Shown: positions 62,311 through 64,000 of the stretch, piece after piece
Layout: the number at the start of each line of letters is the position of its first letter
How positions within the stretch are numbered: the stretch's first letter is position 1
NCBI RefSeq assembly: GCF_039654945.1
Contig: NW_027361830.1
Coordinates: 7,626,001 to 7,690,000, forward strand
Origin: Dendrobates tinctorius
Lineage: Eukaryota
Length of the DNA stretch: 64,000 nucleotides
Direction of reading: 5' to 3'
The notes under the pieces: generated by a model
Told to the model about the DNA's origin: nothing
Databases searched by the model: none
Seen by the model: only the letters and a program-made list of their open reading frames with translations
Program-made: the position numbers and the translations under genes

Positions 62311-64000
62311 TGTGGTGAAGTTACCACTATGTCAGCTAGGGGGTGCTGTGTGGGTGTCCCAGGACGGGTGTACAGGCACATTCAGTGTGGTAACAGGAGC
62401 AGGGTCCTAAATGACCATTATGGGTCTCAAGGTGGGTGGCCTTGGGATGCAGGCTCCAGGGTGTATTGATCAGCAGAGGTACTGCTGATCTTTCTATTAC
62501 ACTGTGTCAGGGAAGCCTGTGTGTGTCTATACAACCTTTAGTGATGTCATAGCCATGTGATCACCTGTGGGTGTGTTTACAGGGCTATGTAATTGAGGTG
62601 TTTGGCACATGTGAGAGAGAGTGTGAGAGTGAGTCTGTCTGAGTGTGGACAGACTTCCATGTGTCCAGGTGGGACACTACAGAGAGTGTATATGGGGAGG
62701 ACTACAGCTCCCAGCATGTGCTGAGACTCTCAGTCCTAGTCTGAAGCCACGGACATTTCTGTTCCTTTGCCTGAAGTGAAGGTTACATTTCAGTGTTATG
62801 CTGTCTATGGTTTATGGAGTAATAAACCTGGTGGAATTTTAAAGGAACGTGCCTCATGTTTGTCTCCCGCTGCACCTAAGCGAGTCCGAATCCTTACAAT
62901 TGGTGACAGACTGCGGGCAGCGACTCCCAGAAGCACTTGTGGCAGCGCTGGCGATTCTGAGCCAGGAGAGCAGACGGTCTGACAACCGTGAGTAATACTG
63001 ACCGAGGTCAGAGAAAGTGACTATTAATATTTGTGGGATACCTCTGAGGAGAAGAGGCGTCCAGGAACCTGTGTGGCCGACACAGATAACAGACAGGAGT
63101 CTGTGTTGCACTGACCAGGGTCAGTGAGAGACTGTGTTCCTGGAGGGTCAGTGAGCAAGGTCCTGGAGGGTCAGTGTTGGGAGGTTCTCGGAGAGGAATC
63201 GGATCCCTGGAACACGTGCTATGACCTTGGACCTGGTGAGGCGTGTGTTGGGCAGTCTCAGGCGGAGACGGATGTCCTGAAGAGCACCCGCTGAGCCCCT
63301 GGACCTGGTGAGGCTGGTGTGTTGGGAGACCCTGGGAGGAGGGTCGGCTCCCTGAATAGCACCGGGTGTGCCCTGTGTGTTGGACGGTCTCAGGTGGAGA
63401 CGGTACGTCCTGAGTGGCACACGAACAGGACATGTGAGAGACTGTGCATGTGTTTTTTTTCTTTTTTTTTTCTTTTCCTCTGCAAAACCTGAAGGTGCTT
63501 GCTGTGGCTCAGTGGGGTCACGAAGGTCTCGCAGCACAAGGACCTGGTGTTTTCTTTAAGGGATCTGCCCTGGGAGCATTGGTAGCAGACGCTGTCTGGC
63601 TACACCATCCTGCTGCAGCTTTATGGCATGTGACTAAGCGGATACAGTAGTTGTGGCTTTACACAACTATTAAGGGTGAATACCCTGTATTATTGCTGCA
63701 TAACCCATTATACCTGCACTGGTAAGGCCCTATGGGTGCACTTTTGTGGCTTTTTTATCTTTGAGGGTGACAAGCGGCTTCCAGTAACCCGGCGGGGTTA
63801 CGAAGGTGACAAGCGGCTTCCGGTGGATCGGCGGGTCCACGAAGATGGCGCAGCAGGAGCTGCAGTGACACCAGCCGCTGTGTATGTGTGTGAACAGCAG
63901 CCGGAGGTGCCGGTGATCAGTGACAGCAGGAGCTGTGGTGGTACCAGCAAAGACTTGTGTGGTATCGTTAAAAGACAAACTGTACTGTGTGAACTGTGGC
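62311..64000 (+). mobile_element. LTR retrotransposon: 5' LTR 62311-62898, PBS and non-coding interior
   Basis: TG...TTACA with AATAAA at 62821. Followed by AT-TGGTGACAGACTGCGGGCAG, which resembles the tRNA-Ala PBS TGGTGGAGAATGCGGGCA. No gag/pol recognised. Confidence 0.65.

Noticed and set aside
62900-64000. ORFs downstream of the PBS as gag
   Set aside because: Short and repetitive, with no recognisable gag, zinc knuckle or protease motif.

Overview
This is eukaryotic, repeat-dense DNA. The repeat families suggest an amphibian, probably a frog (inference). No host protein-coding exon is convincingly visible, so the window looks like a long intron or intergenic region. Mobile DNA dominates: five Tc1/mariner copies (one full-length with an open 340-aa DD34E ORF); an L2-type LINE whose ~1014-aa ORF2 is intact except for a nested hAT element carrying a minisatellite; a 5'-truncated Penelope-like element (PLE) with a GIY-YIG ORF, plus several PLE tail remnants; a DIRS deletion derivative; two solo LTRs and an LTR with PBS; a Helitron end; a large piggyBac-like non-autonomous element; and many Harbinger (TWA), Kolobok/T2 (TTAA) and hAT (8-bp TSD) MITEs. 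The most interesting object is a ~400-bp TSD-flanked non-coding insertion at 2925-3320. It has a 318-bp circularly permuted monomer with a canonical type I hammerhead ribozyme, an snRNA-type promoter (octamer + SPH/Staf + PSE-like) and a CTCF-like site. This looks like a satellite-2-like retrozyme. Its plausible mobiliser, a hammerhead-bearing PLE, and further decayed hammerheads lie in the same window.
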